DNA from: Eledone cirrhosa
Lineage: Eukaryota
Assembly: GCA_964016885.1 (NCBI GenBank)
Contig: OZ024761.1
Coordinates: forward strand, 25,544,001 to 25,608,000
DNA: 64,000 nt
Direction: 5' to 3'
Every line of letters begins with the position of its first letter. Within the stretch, counting starts at the first letter, position 1. Shown here in pieces: positions 43,221-58,245 of the stretch. The position numbers and the translations under genes are program-made. The notes below the pieces were generated by a model. The model saw only the letters and a list, made by a program, of their open reading frames with translations, was not told where the DNA came from and ran no database searches.

Positions 43221-43846
43221 TAATTATACAAGTGTAAGTGACAAAATAGTATCGATGATAGAATAAGATAAATTGTAATATTTAGTGATAATTTGCTATT
43301 ATTTATATTCTTCTCCAATATCAATTTACAAGTAATTTCATAGGATTTAGTTACCTTGGCAACAATAAAAAAAATATTCATTATCTCTATACGATATAGA
43401 TTCTTTTGATACGAGATCTTTATATTCTATCCCTTTATTTTATCGATATTAAAATAACAGAACCATCTACAATATAAAATGTCTTGGAACATTACTTCTC
43501 TAAAAAAGAAAAAAACAGTAAAAAAATAAATTACGAGTATGAAGAAACCAGAATCAAAACCTAGAGATTAAAAGACAAGAACATCAAAACATTACTTCAT
43601 AATTAGCAATAAATTTTCGGTCAGATTTGTAATTCTTAAGGAAGAAAAAAACTACAATAATAAGGACAAAACGAAAATCAAAATGGCGACGAAAAATGAA
43701 AGACAGGAGACGTAAGCAGGCGATATAAAACGCTATGGTTATACAATATTAAGAATAACCTTCAAATCTGTTATTGTAACAAACTCACGATGTTTCTCCT
43801 TAAAACTACTCATATAGAATTATGATTATAGGCAAGAGATGAATCT

Positions 43847-43893
<47 letters not shown>

Positions 43894-43958
43894 CATACAC
43901 ACACACATACATACATACACACATATATATACACACATACATACACATATATATATAA

Positions 43959-44001
<43 letters not shown>

Positions 44002-44082
44002 CACATACACATACATATATACTTATATATACACACTCATATATACACATATACACACATATATATATAAACACATATATAT

Positions 44083-44153
<71 letters not shown>

Positions 44154-44332
44154 CAAACATACAGACACACATATATATATACACACATATATATATATAT
44201 AAGTACACATACATATACACGTATAAACGCATTAATATATACATATACATGCATACATATACACACATACATATAGCCATACATAAACACTTAAACATAC
44301 ACTCACTAACACACACACATACATACATATAT

Positions 44333-44379
<47 letters not shown>

Positions 44380-44439
44380 CACACATATGTGTATTTTTAT
44401 TCGTGTCATTAAACCTTGAAATCAAACTGACAATTATAA

Positions 44440-45330
44440 CCATCGTCAACAATAATTATCATCATCAACATCACATTCCCTTCATCACATCATCATCATC
44501 AACATCACATTCCCTTCATCATATCATCATCATCATCATTGTTACCATCACTGTGTGTCCCCTTCACCAAGCCTATAATCCCCATCAAACTCATCAATAC
44601 TGACATCAATTTCATTCACCCGAACATCACTATCATCATCGTGAACATTATCAACATAGGCCATCATCATCATCATCAACAACAACAACGACAACACTGT
44701 CATATTCAAGTCAACCCTATTATCAACATCATCATCATCATCATCACCATCATCAAATATAACATCATCATAACTGCCATCATGTCAATCATCAAGACGA
44801 ACATCACTATCATCACCACCACATCCATCGCTGTTATCACATTCATTAACCATATCACTATCATCATCATCATCATTAATGTATATCATCATCAACCCTG
44901 TATGACCTTCACTCATTATTATCATCATCATAAGGGGCGGTGGATTGGCAGTATCGGTAGAGGGTCGGACGCCATGCTTTCCAGCATAGTTACGTCCCTT
45001 TACTATCTGAGTTCAAATCACGCCGAGGTTGACTTTGCCTTTCATCCTTACGGGGTCGATAAAATAAAGTACCAGTAATGCACTGGGGTAATTGCTGGCC
45101 TTGTTAAAGTAAAAACAATTATCATCATCATCACCATCACTGACTTCGTTTTCATCATCATCACCAATGTTACAATTCCCGTCACGATAAACGTTATCAC
45201 TTCCATCATCAACACTAGCATCATCATCAACATCATCGCCATCATTATCTAAATCTCCCTCATCATAATCATCATCATCATCATCACCATCATCATCGTT
45301 AAGATCAGCATCATAATCATCACAATTGTC
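44440..45330. repeat. Degenerate (CAT)n low-complexity tract
   Basis: Recurrent catcatcat runs. Confidence 0.8.
44935..45120 (+). mobile_element. Full-length SINE-1 inserted in a (CAT)n region
   Basis: TSD attatcatcatca on both sides. Confidence 0.85.
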
Positions 45331-45556
45331 TTAACCACCATCACCGACCTCATCATCGCCCTCTCCTCCATTATAGTCTAATCTGTTACTCCCATCCTCG
45401 TCACCAATGTAAACCATCTTGATCAATATGACAATCAATATTGCAAGAATTCTATAGCATAATCTCCCAGCGCATGCGACCGTGTGTATGTAGATGTGTT
45501 TGCAGGTGTATATATTTGTATATATGTAGCCTCTAATTATATATATATACATGTGT

Positions 45557-45780
45557 ACGATTTCACCGAATTTAAATTCATAGAAATTTGGGACTTGACT
45601 CCTCCTTCCTCACTATTCGTTGCTTCACCATTTTTGTTTGTTTACAGTCGTGTCCCCTTTATTTACGTGTCCCAACGACTTATTTTAGCCGTTGCTCGCA
45701 AAACCGGAGGTATATGGTCTTTAAAGCGATGAAATACCAATGATGGTTGGAAGATCACTGATGAAGGACTAACTTTATTC
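45557..45780 (+). mobile_element. Dispersed repeat ending in CTGATGAAGGACTAAC (truncated hammerhead-like 5' half); inverted homolog 60037-60262
   Basis: About 220 bp of clear similarity between the two loci; both stop at ggactaactttatt next to TA-rich sequence. Confidence 0.6.
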
Positions 45781-45843
45781 ATATGTAACCCATTAGCAAC
45801 CCCGCAGCACGTTTATTTCATATATATATATATATAGAAAGAG

Positions 45844-46137
45844 AGAAAAGGTGAAGTTTGAAATAGCACGGAAAATATATTTAAGGGCCTGTTTTTTCTT
45901 TTTTTATCCTTTCTTTGACTCGTCAAATTGCCATTATAGAAAATATGGCATTATTGAAAAAAATGAGAGGGACAAATCTTTTTAAAAAAAGTTTTATAAT
46001 GTATATAAAGTATTATCGGTTTCAGACTAGAGTTTATATACTTCATAAAACTCATTTCTAAAAGAATTCTCCCTCTCATTTTTTCAAAAATGATCCTTAA
46101 ATATATTTTCCGTGCTATTTCCAACTTCACCTTTTCT
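45844..46137. mobile_element. MITE-like foldback element between TA tracts
   Basis: 43-bp terminal inverted repeats (45844-45886 / 46095-46137, 1 mismatch) plus inner imperfect inverted arms about 45954-46008 / 46033-46087. Confidence 0.7.
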
Positions 46138-46627
46138 AATATATATATATAATTATAACTGGCACTGTCGGTTAAGACAACATTTGTTCAGGTTGATAGG
46201 ATTTACGGAACAGCGTGCTCGTAAAACCTAACGTTCAAGTGACTGAATATGAGAGACAGAGAGAAAGAAGTGGGAGGGAAGTGGGAGGGAAGAGAGAGAG
46301 AGCGAGAAGGGGGAAGGGAGAGAGAGAGAGGGGGAGAGAGAGAGAAGGGAGAAGAGAATGAGAGAAGGGGGAGGGAAGAGAGAGAAAGAGAACAACTGTG
46401 AGTTATAATTGCAAACACGGTGCCAAACGGTTTTCGCTTCATGCCATTTTTAATCTCACCATGCATTCATTACTCCCATGATAAGCGGATTGAGCTCTGC
46501 CGTCGGGGTCATACATTTTTTTCCTATTATATATATATATATTAATAGTATGGATTACAGTTTAAGCCAAATATTTCTGCTTCCACCCTACAAGGGATCT
46601 TCTGCAGATAATGCATGAATATATATG

Positions 46628-46675
<48 letters not shown>

Positions 46676-47222
46676 TTAGAGCAAACATCACGGGCGCTCT
46701 ATCTCAAAATTATTTTTGAAAAGCATTAGAAATGCGCAACCGGTAAAACTTAAAACCAAAACTGAGTACTAACCAATACTATTACTGATTTTTACTTATT
46801 CCTAATTAAACTATTTTCACTGTTTGTCAGCATTTTCTTTTCCTTTTACCAATATATATATACATATATATATATATACATACATATATATATATAAGCC
46901 GAATTTCTCGTGCCTTGCTGCGTTTTACACATTTATTTTGTTTTTTTTTTGTAAGAAATTGATTGATTTTAAATCAGTGATATCAATTTGAGAGAAAAAC
47001 TCTGCATTTCAATATTACTCAATGTAAAATGTAATGCAGGAACAATTGGAAAACATTTTTTGTAATATATCAAATCAAAATTACTTTATTATATCGTATT
47101 CTTGCCCAGTACACTGCGCAATGTAGTTTCAGAATATATCTGGTTATGGGGGTCTCTCTCCAAAATTATAGGAGTTCGTGATCAAGCAAAGCCACAAACT
47201 GACAGGACCGTCAACTATATAT

Positions 47223-47345
47223 AAGTGGTAACACACAGTTAGTTAAACATCGGTAAGGTGAACTAACTGTTGTGTTACCACTTCTACCTAACTCTTCCCA
47301 TGGACTGAATGCTCTACCACTACGGATATTACCTTCCATGCTCTC
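47223..47345. mobile_element. Family E second copy, opposite orientation, shorter hairpin
   Basis: Arms 47223-47244 / 47261-47283, then cccatggactgaatgctctaccactacggatat, which matches the reverse complement of 10040-10080. Confidence 0.7.
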
Positions 47346-47665
47346 TCTCTATATATATATATCTATCTCTCTCTCTATATATCTATCTCTCTCTCTATAT
47401 ATATATCTCTCTCTCTATATATATATCTCTCTCTCTATATATATATCTCTCTCTCTATATATATATCTCTCTCTCTATATATATATATATCTCTCTATAT
47501 ATATATCTCTCTCTCTATATATATATCTCTCTCTCTATATATATATCTCTCTCTCTATATATATATCTCTCTCTCTATATATATATCTCTCTCTCTATAT
47601 ATATATCTCTCTCTCTATATATATATCTCTCTCTCTATATATATATCTCTCTCTCTATATATATA

Positions 47666-47714
<49 letters not shown>

Positions 47715-47791
47715 CTCTATATATATATATATATATATCTCTCTCTCTCTATATATATATATATCTCTCTCTCTCTATATATATATATATA

Positions 47792-47824
<33 letters not shown>

Positions 47825-49535
47825 CTCTCTCTATATATATCTCTCTCTATATATATCTCTCTCTATCTCTCTCTCTATATATCTCTCTCTCTCTATATAT
47901 CTCTCTCTCTCTATATATCTCTCTCTCTCTATATATATATCTCTCTCTCTATATATATATCTCTCTCTCTATATATATATCTCTCTCTCTATATATATAT
48001 CTCTCTCTCTATATATATATCTCTCTCTCTATATATCTCTCTCTCTCTATATATCTCTCTCTCTCTATATATCTCTCTCTCTCTATATATCTCTCTCTCT
48101 CTATATATCTCTCTCTCTCTATATATCTCTCTCTCTATATATCTCTATCTCTATATATCTCTATCTCTATATATCTCTATCTCTATATATCTCTATCTCT
48201 ATATATCTCTATCTCTATATATCTCTATCTCTATATATCTCTATCTCTATATATCTCTATCTCTATATATCTCTATCTCTATATATCTCTATCTCTATAT
48301 ATCTCTATCTCTATATATCTCTATCTCTATATATCTCTATCTCTATATATCTCTATCTCTATATATATCTCTATCTCTATATATATCTCTATCTCTATAT
48401 ATATCTCTCTCTCTATATATATCTCTCTCTCTATATATATCTCTCTCTCTATATATATATATATATATCTCTATATATATATCTCTCTCTATATATATAT
48501 CTCTCTCTATATATATATCTCTCTCTATATATATCTCTCTCTCTATATATCTCTCTCTCTATATATCTCTCTCTCTATATATATCTCTCTCTATATATAT
48601 CTCTCTCTATATATATCTCTCTCTATATATATCTCTCTCTATATATATCTCTCTCTATATATATCTCTCTCTATATATATCTCTCTCTATATATATCTCT
48701 CTCTATATATATCTCTCTCTATATATATCTCTCTCTATATATATCTCTCTCTATATATATCTCTCTCTATATATATCTCTCTCTATATATATCTCTCTCT
48801 CTATATACCTCTCTCTATATATATCTCTCTCTCTATATATCTCTCTCTATATATCTCTATCTCTATATATCTCTCTCTATATATATCTCTCTCTATATAT
48901 ATCTCTCTCTATATATCTCTATCTCTATATATCTCTATCTCTATATATCTCTATCTCTATATATCTCTATCTCTATATATCTCTATCTCTATATATCTCT
49001 ATCTCTATCTCTATATATATCTCTCTCTATATATATCTCTCTCTATATATATCTCTATCTATATATATCTCTATCTCTATATATCTCTCTCTATATATCT
49101 CTCTCTATATATATATCTATCTCTATATATCTCTATCTATCTCTATCTCTATCTATCTCTATCTCTATATATCTCTATCTCTATATATCTCTATCTCTAT
49201 ATATCTCTATCTCTATATATCTCTATCTCTATATATCTCTATCTCTATATATCTCTATCTCTATCTATCTCTATCTATATATATATCTATCTATATATAT
49301 CTCTATCTATATATATATCTATCTATATATATCTCTATCTATATATATCTCTATCTCTCTCTCTATATATATCTCTATCTCTCTATCTCTATATATATCT
49401 CTATCTCTCTATCTCTATATATATCTCTATCTCTCTATCTCTATATATATCTCTATCTCTCTATCTCTATATATCTCTATCTCTCTATCCCTATATATCT
49501 CTATCTCTATATATCTCTATCTCTATATATCTCTA

Positions 49536-49586
<51 letters not shown>
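47341..49586. repeat. 2.2-kb (TC)n(TA)n compound minisatellite
   Basis: Alternating TC and TA blocks with 14-20 bp periods. Confidence 0.95.
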
Positions 49587-49594
<8 letters not shown>

Positions 49595-50372
49595 GATTTA
49601 GCTTGATCAACGATTGTTGTCCCTTGCTTCTGCTGGACAACAACAGAGGCCGTTAGCCTCGGTATTTTGCATAGCTACGGTTCCCTAAAGGTTTAGCTGT
49701 GTAAACATACCGCGACTCTTTAGAGATGCAAAATTTCTCTCTCTCTCTATGTATGTATGTATGTATGGATGTATGAATGAATGTATGTATGTGGGTGTTG
49801 GTGTTTGTATTTTAGTATGGGTGTGTGGGTATGCGTGTGCACAAGTATGATCGTGTGTGTGTGTGTGTGTGTGTGTGTCTGTGTGTGTGTCTGTGTGTGT
49901 GTCTGTGTGTGTGTCTGTGTGTGTGTCTGTGTGTCTGTGTGTGTGTGTCTGTGTGTGTGTGTCTGTGTGTGTGTATGTGTGTGTGTCTGTGTGTTGTGTG
50001 TGTGTGTGTGTGTGAGTGTGCGTGTGCGTGTGTTTATATATATACACAAGGACTGTCTAGCTGACCGATCCAATGGATCCATATAGCCTGACCGATCCAT
50101 ATAACCATACATGCTACCTAGTTAGAAGAAGTAACAATAATACTATCTCAGAATTCACAGAACCGAAATAACTACCACAAGTCACCTGATCCCATTGTTA
50201 AACGATCCTGCCAATAAAATATCTATAATTTTACAACATCCAACGAAATTAGAAATCAAATGTGATATTGCTTCAACCGAGCTGGAACTCACAGCTTTTG
50301 TGAATGTCGATATCTATTTAGCCATCTAAACCATTACTGCTACGCTTTCTGTGTGTGTGTATGTGTATATAA

Positions 50373-50418
<46 letters not shown>

Positions 50419-50492
50419 CCACATATATATATATATATATATATACATATATACATATATATATACAACCACATATATGTACACACACAAAC

Positions 50493-50523
<31 letters not shown>

Positions 50524-51119
50524 TACATATATACAACCACATATATATATATACACAACCACATATATATATATATACACACACACACATATCCATATAT
50601 ATATACAACCACTTATATATATATACCACCACATATATATATATATACAACCACATATATATATATATACAACCACATATATATATATATATACATATAT
50701 ATACACACACGCCTCAATATATATATATATACACACACACACAGACACACATATATACACACATACATATTTACACAACGAACACACGGTAACCAATCAT
50801 CTGATATTTATTGATCAATAATATATATATGTAAATATCCTCGGGATCGAAGTGATCTATTAAAGAACCTTTGATGCCAACTCCACGTAACAAGGACACA
50901 GTTCAGTGATAGAAACGTGTCCAAATCTAAGAAAAAAAAAGGGAGTTAAAATAATGGGGAGTAAGAATGACAAATCTGTTTGGAACATGCAATAATGTCG
51001 TAACAGGAAAACCAGGAATACAAGAATATAGGAACTGTATGATAAAGATGAATTATTGGAATGGCAGAAAGGTAAAATAGAGTAATATGAATTCCCTGTC
51101 TTCCTTTAATGGAACTATT

Positions 51120-51129
51120 TGTTTGTGTG

Positions 51130-51161
<32 letters not shown>

Positions 51162-51226
51162 TGTATGTATGTATGTATGTAGTTATATATTTTTTATATA
51201 TATTTATATACACAGAAGAACATATA

Positions 51227-51277
<51 letters not shown>

Positions 51278-51413
51278 GCATAAATATATAGATACACACA
51301 CACATATCTATCTGTATATATATAAATGTATACACACATATACACACACATATATATATATATATGTCTACATATATATACATTTAGATATATATATATA
51401 CATATATATATAC

Positions 51414-51456
<43 letters not shown>

Positions 51457-51832
51457 TACATATACATATATACATATACACATGTATACATATACATATA
51501 TACATATACATATATACATATATACATATATCTATACATATATCTATATATATGCATTTACATATATATATATGCATTTACATGTATATACATATACATG
51601 TATATATATATGCATTTACATATATATATATATGCATTTACATATATATATAGATTTACATATACATATATATATAGATTTACATATACATATATATATA
51701 GATTTACATATACATATATATATATAGATTTACATATACATATATATATATACGTATATATATGCATTTACATATATATATATATACATATATATATGCA
51801 TTTACATATATATATATATTATATATATATGC

Positions 51833-51865
<33 letters not shown>

Positions 51866-51949
51866 CATATATATATACATATATATATATACATATATAT
51901 ATATACATATATATATATATGCATATACATATATATGCATATACATATA

Positions 51950-51980
<31 letters not shown>

Positions 51981-52750
51981 ATATACATATATATATACAT
52001 ATATATATATATACATATATATATACATATATATATACATATATATATACATATATATATACATATATATATACATATATATATACATATATATATACAT
52101 ATATATATATACATATATATATACATATATATATACATATATATATACATATATATATATATATACAGACGTGGATAGAGAAGGGGAGAGATATTACCAT
52201 TGTATGCTGTCAATGTCATGAAAGGCAAGGTCACCTTTGATATTGGCTGATCTTTGAAAAAAGCAGATTTTAAAGAAGGGCGGGGAGCACAGGGCAGTCG
52301 GATATCAGATAGGTGAATATATAGGTAGGTATACACCCACACCTAGATATGGGGAGAGAGAGAGAGAGAGAGAAATATATATATATATATATATATAGAT
52401 ATATATATAGAGAGATATATATATATATATAGATAGATATACATATATATAGATAGAGAGAGAGATATATATACATAGATAGATAGATATATATATATAG
52501 AGAGAGAGAGATAGAGAGAGCGGGAGAGCGAGGGAGAGCGAGAGAGAGCGGGAGAGCGAGAGAGAGCGAGAGCGAGAGTGTGAGAGAGCGAGAGTGTGAG
52601 AGTGCGAGAGAGAGCGAGAGAGTGCGAGAGAGAGCGAGAGAGTGCGAGAGAGCGAGAGCATGCGAGAGAGAGCGAGAGAGAGCGTGAGAGAGCGAGAGTG
52701 AGAGAGCGAGAGAGAGTGAGAGAGAGTGACAGAGCGAGAGAGAGCGAGCG

Positions 52751-52826
<76 letters not shown>

Positions 52827-52839
52827 ATATATATATACA

Positions 52840-52870
<31 letters not shown>

Positions 52871-53051
52871 GTAAATATATATATACATACATATATATAT
52901 ATATATATACATATATATATACATATATATATAAATATATATATACATAGATATATATAGCAAATATGTAAATACATATATATATAGATATATATAGCTA
53001 GATATGTAGATACATATATATGGATATATATATGTATTCCTAGATATGTAG

Positions 53052-53103
<52 letters not shown>

Positions 53104-53116
53104 CCCAGATATGTAG

Positions 53117-53159
<43 letters not shown>

Positions 53160-53210
53160 TCATATCTACCTATATATATATAAACATATATATATATATA
53201 CACACACACA
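51120..53210. repeat. Compound TA/TACA and GA/GAGC microsatellite region
   Basis: Directly visible. Confidence 0.9.
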
Positions 53211-53451
53211 AGTATGTAGGCGTGTATGTGTGTATCTGTGTGTATCTGAGTGTGTATATGTGTATGTGTTTGTGCGTTTGCATGTTTGCGTGTGCCATTT
53301 CATGTGCGTTTGCATGTGTGCGTTTCCACCATGTGCGTGCGTCCATGTGTGTACGTGCGTGCGTGCATGCATGCATGTGCATATGCATGTGTGTGATTAT
53401 TATGTTGTTTCAAGTGAAAAGCTGTGACCACACCCTTATATTATACAGAAG

Positions 53452-54698
53452 GGCAGTGGATTTTCAGAATTGGTAGAGGGTCGGACGCCATGCTTGGCAG
53501 CATATATTTACCTCCCTTTACAATCTGAGGTTCAGATACCGCCGAGATTAACTTTGTCTTTCATCCTTACGGGGCCGATAAAATAAAGTACCTGTAATGT
53601 ACTGTGATAATTGCTGGCCTTGTGCCTAAAGTAGAAACATATTTTACAGGCAAAGTTAACCTCCAGTTCAAATCCCGCCGAGGTTAACTTTTCCTTTCAT
53701 CCTTACGGGGTCGATAAAATAAAATACCAGTAATGTACTCTGGTAATTGCTGGCCCTTTGACAAGAAGTGGAAACAATTATTTATTAACACGGTGGATTG
53801 GCAGTATTAGTACAGCGTCAGTGTACTAATGGCAGTGGATTGGCAGTAACGGTAGAGGGTCGGATGCCATGCATTCCAGCATAGTTACGTCCCTTAAAGA
53901 TCTGAGTTCAAATCCCGCTGAGGTTGACTTTGTCTTTCATCCTTACGGGTTCGATAAAATAAAGTACCAGTAATGCACTGGGTATTTGTTGGCCTTGTGC
54001 CAAAAAGTAGAAACAAGTATTAGTACAGCGTCAGACGCCATCTTTTGCAGCATAGATTTACTCCTCTTTACGTTCTGAGTTCAAATCCCGCCGAGGTTAA
54101 CTTTGTCTCTCATCCTTACGGGGTCGATAAAATAAAGTAGCAGTAATGTACTGGTTAATTGCTGGCCTTTTCCCTCAAGTAGAAACAATTATATTATTCA
54201 GGCAAAGTTAAAGGCTCATGACATAGAGGTCATCGCATAGGGCTTGCAACTGAGAGGTGTGTTTATCACTTACTTCACGTTGCTCCAGTTTACTCCAGTC
54301 CACTCAGCTGTAGAAATGAATTGCGACGTCACTGGTGCCACCTAAGCTGTATTTGCCTCGGAAAACATCCACAGCGCGGTGAGGGGCAACATTAATTCAT
54401 GTGGTACCGCTGGTCTTCCACAAACAATTATGCTTGAACTGAGGTCGATTTAATCGACTTTCCCCTCTCTACCAAAAATTGGTGTCCTTGTACCTAAATA
54501 AACATCCAATCATTAGAAGAATAGAAATTAATTAAGGCCAGCACATACCCAGTACATTACTGGTACTTTATTTTATCGAGCCCGTAAGGATGAAAGGCAA
54601 AGTTAACCTCGGCGGGATTTGAACTCGGATCATAAAATGGCGTAACTCAATGCTACAAAGCATGGTGTCCGACCCTTTACAAATACTGCCAATTCACC
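53452..54698. mobile_element. Dense SINE cluster: four + SINE-1 copies (one nested), a SINE-2-like fragment 54270-54430, and one - copy 54535-54698
   Basis: 19-bp TSD agtattagtacagcgtcag at 53803 and 54016; TSD agaaattaat around the - copy. Confidence 0.85.
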
Positions 54699-55368
54699 AG
54701 AAATTAATGTATGCATGATTTCGCAGCTAGAACATCACTACTTCATTGTAAGCCTATGAAACTTTCAGCATATCACTATATTATGAGAATAAAAATGAGA
54801 TATAATAAAATTGTTCAAGGACATAAAATTATATTAAAATTCTAGATATAATATAGAAAATTTGGGCTAATATATAGTGTAGGGTTGTTCTCTTGTCAAT
54901 AACTATGTAATTTTGAAAAATAAATTATTTACATGTTATTCGTTTCAGATAATAAAGATATATGTCAAATTTTATATATTACATTCTCGGGTAGATAGGG
55001 TTTACTTTATTGAATTTTACTATAGCCTGAAAGCGATAAAGTGGCTGAGTCATTAGAACCAAGTATAGTTTATTTTGTGCTGTGTGTTCCGGCAATCTGC
55101 GCTAGGAGTTTAAATCTCACCAAGCTAAGCTTCACCATTCATTCTACCAATGTTAATAAATATAGAAGCAGTCCAATACTGAGGCCGATTTTTTCCATTA
55201 TATCACATTATCTGGAAGAAATATACTGTATTGTTCTTAGTAGCACACACACAAACACGTGTGTGGCTGTGTGTGTGTGTGTCTCTCTCCCTCTCTCTCA
55301 TATATATATATAAATATATATATACACACATACACCTCTGCATTTGAATCTGTCTATGCAGCAATATG

Positions 55369-55422
<54 letters not shown>

Positions 55423-56140
55423 ACAAATATATTCACATAAACATGAACATATGTATGAATATATATATATATATACACACACATATACATATATAGATAC
55501 ATATATAGACACATATATATAGAGAGATATACATATAGACATATATAGATATATATATATAATAAAAGATAAAACAAGAACATAAAAGACATTTAACACA
55601 CCACTTGAATTATTTCATCTCATTGTGCTTTTACTGAAAAATAATATGTCACACCATTATAATGGCAGACGGCAGGTTTTTCTTCCTTTTCCACAAACAA
55701 TATTGTTATGCATTTACCCGTACAGACTCCTATAGATTCTACCGGAAGTCATTTACAGTAAACCGGAAATTAATTCTTGTATGCGAGACTCCCCTGAAGT
55801 TACCTGCAGCCATTTTTGTTATTATTGTGTTACAGCCTTCCTGCATAGAGAATCACCTAGATTGAACAGTATAAAGCTGGCTGTTTTATGAAAATGGTAA
55901 TTAAAAATACATAGAAATATATATTGGCTGCTATATATATACATATATATACACTGAAATATATATGTATATGTGTATATATATGAACATATGCATACAT
56001 ACACACAAATATATATAGGTTATTAAGTATCATATATATATATATTAATATATATATATGTATGCATACATAAATACAAGTATATATGTATATGTGTATG
56101 TATGCACATATGCATACATACGCACAAATATATATATAGG

Positions 56141-56176
<36 letters not shown>

Positions 56177-56270
56177 TTATATTCATATATATACGTACAA
56201 GTATATATGCATATGAGTATGTATCTATATATGCATACATACATACACACAAATATATATAGGTTATTAT

Positions 56271-56333
<63 letters not shown>

Positions 56334-56691
56334 TGTATGTTGTTCCTTACTTCATTCGTTCGTATTCATATAAGCAAAAGATCAATCATATGCATACACA
56401 TGCGCGCGTGCGCACATACACACACATATATATGCATGATATGTGAATGTATATATGCCGGTGTTATACGCATATTCATACAAACAGCCACGTACGCATG
56501 TCTATATGTATGCCTATACATTTGTATGTGCATGTATGGTTGTACGACTAAAAGTATATGTATGTATGTATGTATATAGGTCAGTACATATATGAATATA
56601 TATTGCTATTTATCAAATGATATGTGCATGGCTGTTTAATCCAGAACATATACACCATATATGAATTTATACATATTTATATGTATTATAC

Positions 56692-56729
<38 letters not shown>

Positions 56730-57699
56730 GTATATATATGATGTATATATTAATTCATATGTATTATACATCTATATATGATATATTTTATATATATTTA
56801 TTCAAATGTATTACACATATATATGATTTATTATATATGTATATATATATATATATGTATATGTATATAATACATATACTCTTTTACCCTTTTACCTGTT
56901 TCAGCCATCCGGCTGAGGCCATATATATATATATATATATACATATATAATAAATCATATATATGTATAATACATTTGAATAAATATATATAAAATATAT
57001 CATATATAGATGTATAATGCATATATCTATATATATATATGATATTTTTTCTTCTATATGTATTATAGTATATATATGATAAATATATATGTTTGTTATA
57101 TATGTATTATACATATATATTTGTTCTATATGTATATGTTTAGTTATATTTATTATATGGACATATATATAAATAATATATATATTTCTATGTATTATAC
57201 ATATAAATATATATATATATATGGATAGATATATATTCATATATATACATAACACTTTATATTGTATTATGCTTGCGAAGAATAACTCCGTTCATTACGC
57301 AACAATACATGTTATCTTGCGTGTAAATATACGACTTCATTTTCTAGCGAATGCATAAAAGATCATGTAAATTTTTTCGAACGTACATCTATACCATGTG
57401 GTTTTTATTCAGGTAATACATAAATTAGGAACCGGAGAATCTTTGTCTTTGTGCTTACTCACCCTTCTGAAAATAGCAACGTGTCCTCGCAAAAAGCACA
57501 AACGCTCGTCAGAGAAAGATGCCATACGTTTGCTTATAATACAAAACACAACACATGTTCTAAAGAAGATAGGTTAATCCTTACAAAATTTACTGCTTAC
57601 TGAAATTTATAGCTTACACCTAGGTACATTAAAATGGCCTCCTGCAAGGTTATAGATAATATATATATATATATATATATATATACTAATATATATATA

Positions 57700-57945
57700 T
57701 GTATTATATATATATAATATTTCTATAATATATATATATAATATTTCTATAATATATATATATAATATTTCTATAATATATATATATAATATTTCTATAA
57801 TATATATATATAATATTTATATAATATATATATATAATATTTATATAATATATATACATAATATTATATAATATATATACATAATATTATATAATATATA
57901 TACATAATATTATATAATATATATACATAATATTATATAATATAT
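57700..57945. repeat. 20-bp AT-rich minisatellite (further arrays 59690-60010 and 61370-62200)
   Basis: Unit atatatataatatt(tc/ta)tata; tacattataaatata units; tagggatatatgtatctc units. Confidence 0.85.
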
Positions 57946-57985
57946 ATATATATTTATTCATTATATATACTTGTTAAATATGTTA

Positions 57986-58030
<45 letters not shown>

Positions 58031-58188
58031 TGTTTATATAATATATATTTGTTTATTAAATATAATATATAAATATATATACATTTTTATATTTAGTAAA
58101 TGCATATCGTTATATATATCATATATATATATATATAACATTACATTTAACAAGTATATTTAATAAATAAATAGATATATCATATAAA

Positions 58189-58245
<57 letters not shown>

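Noticed and set aside
47272-49656. 794-aa and 759-aa ORFs
   Set aside because: Translations of a stop-free TC/TA minisatellite (Y/I/S/L only).
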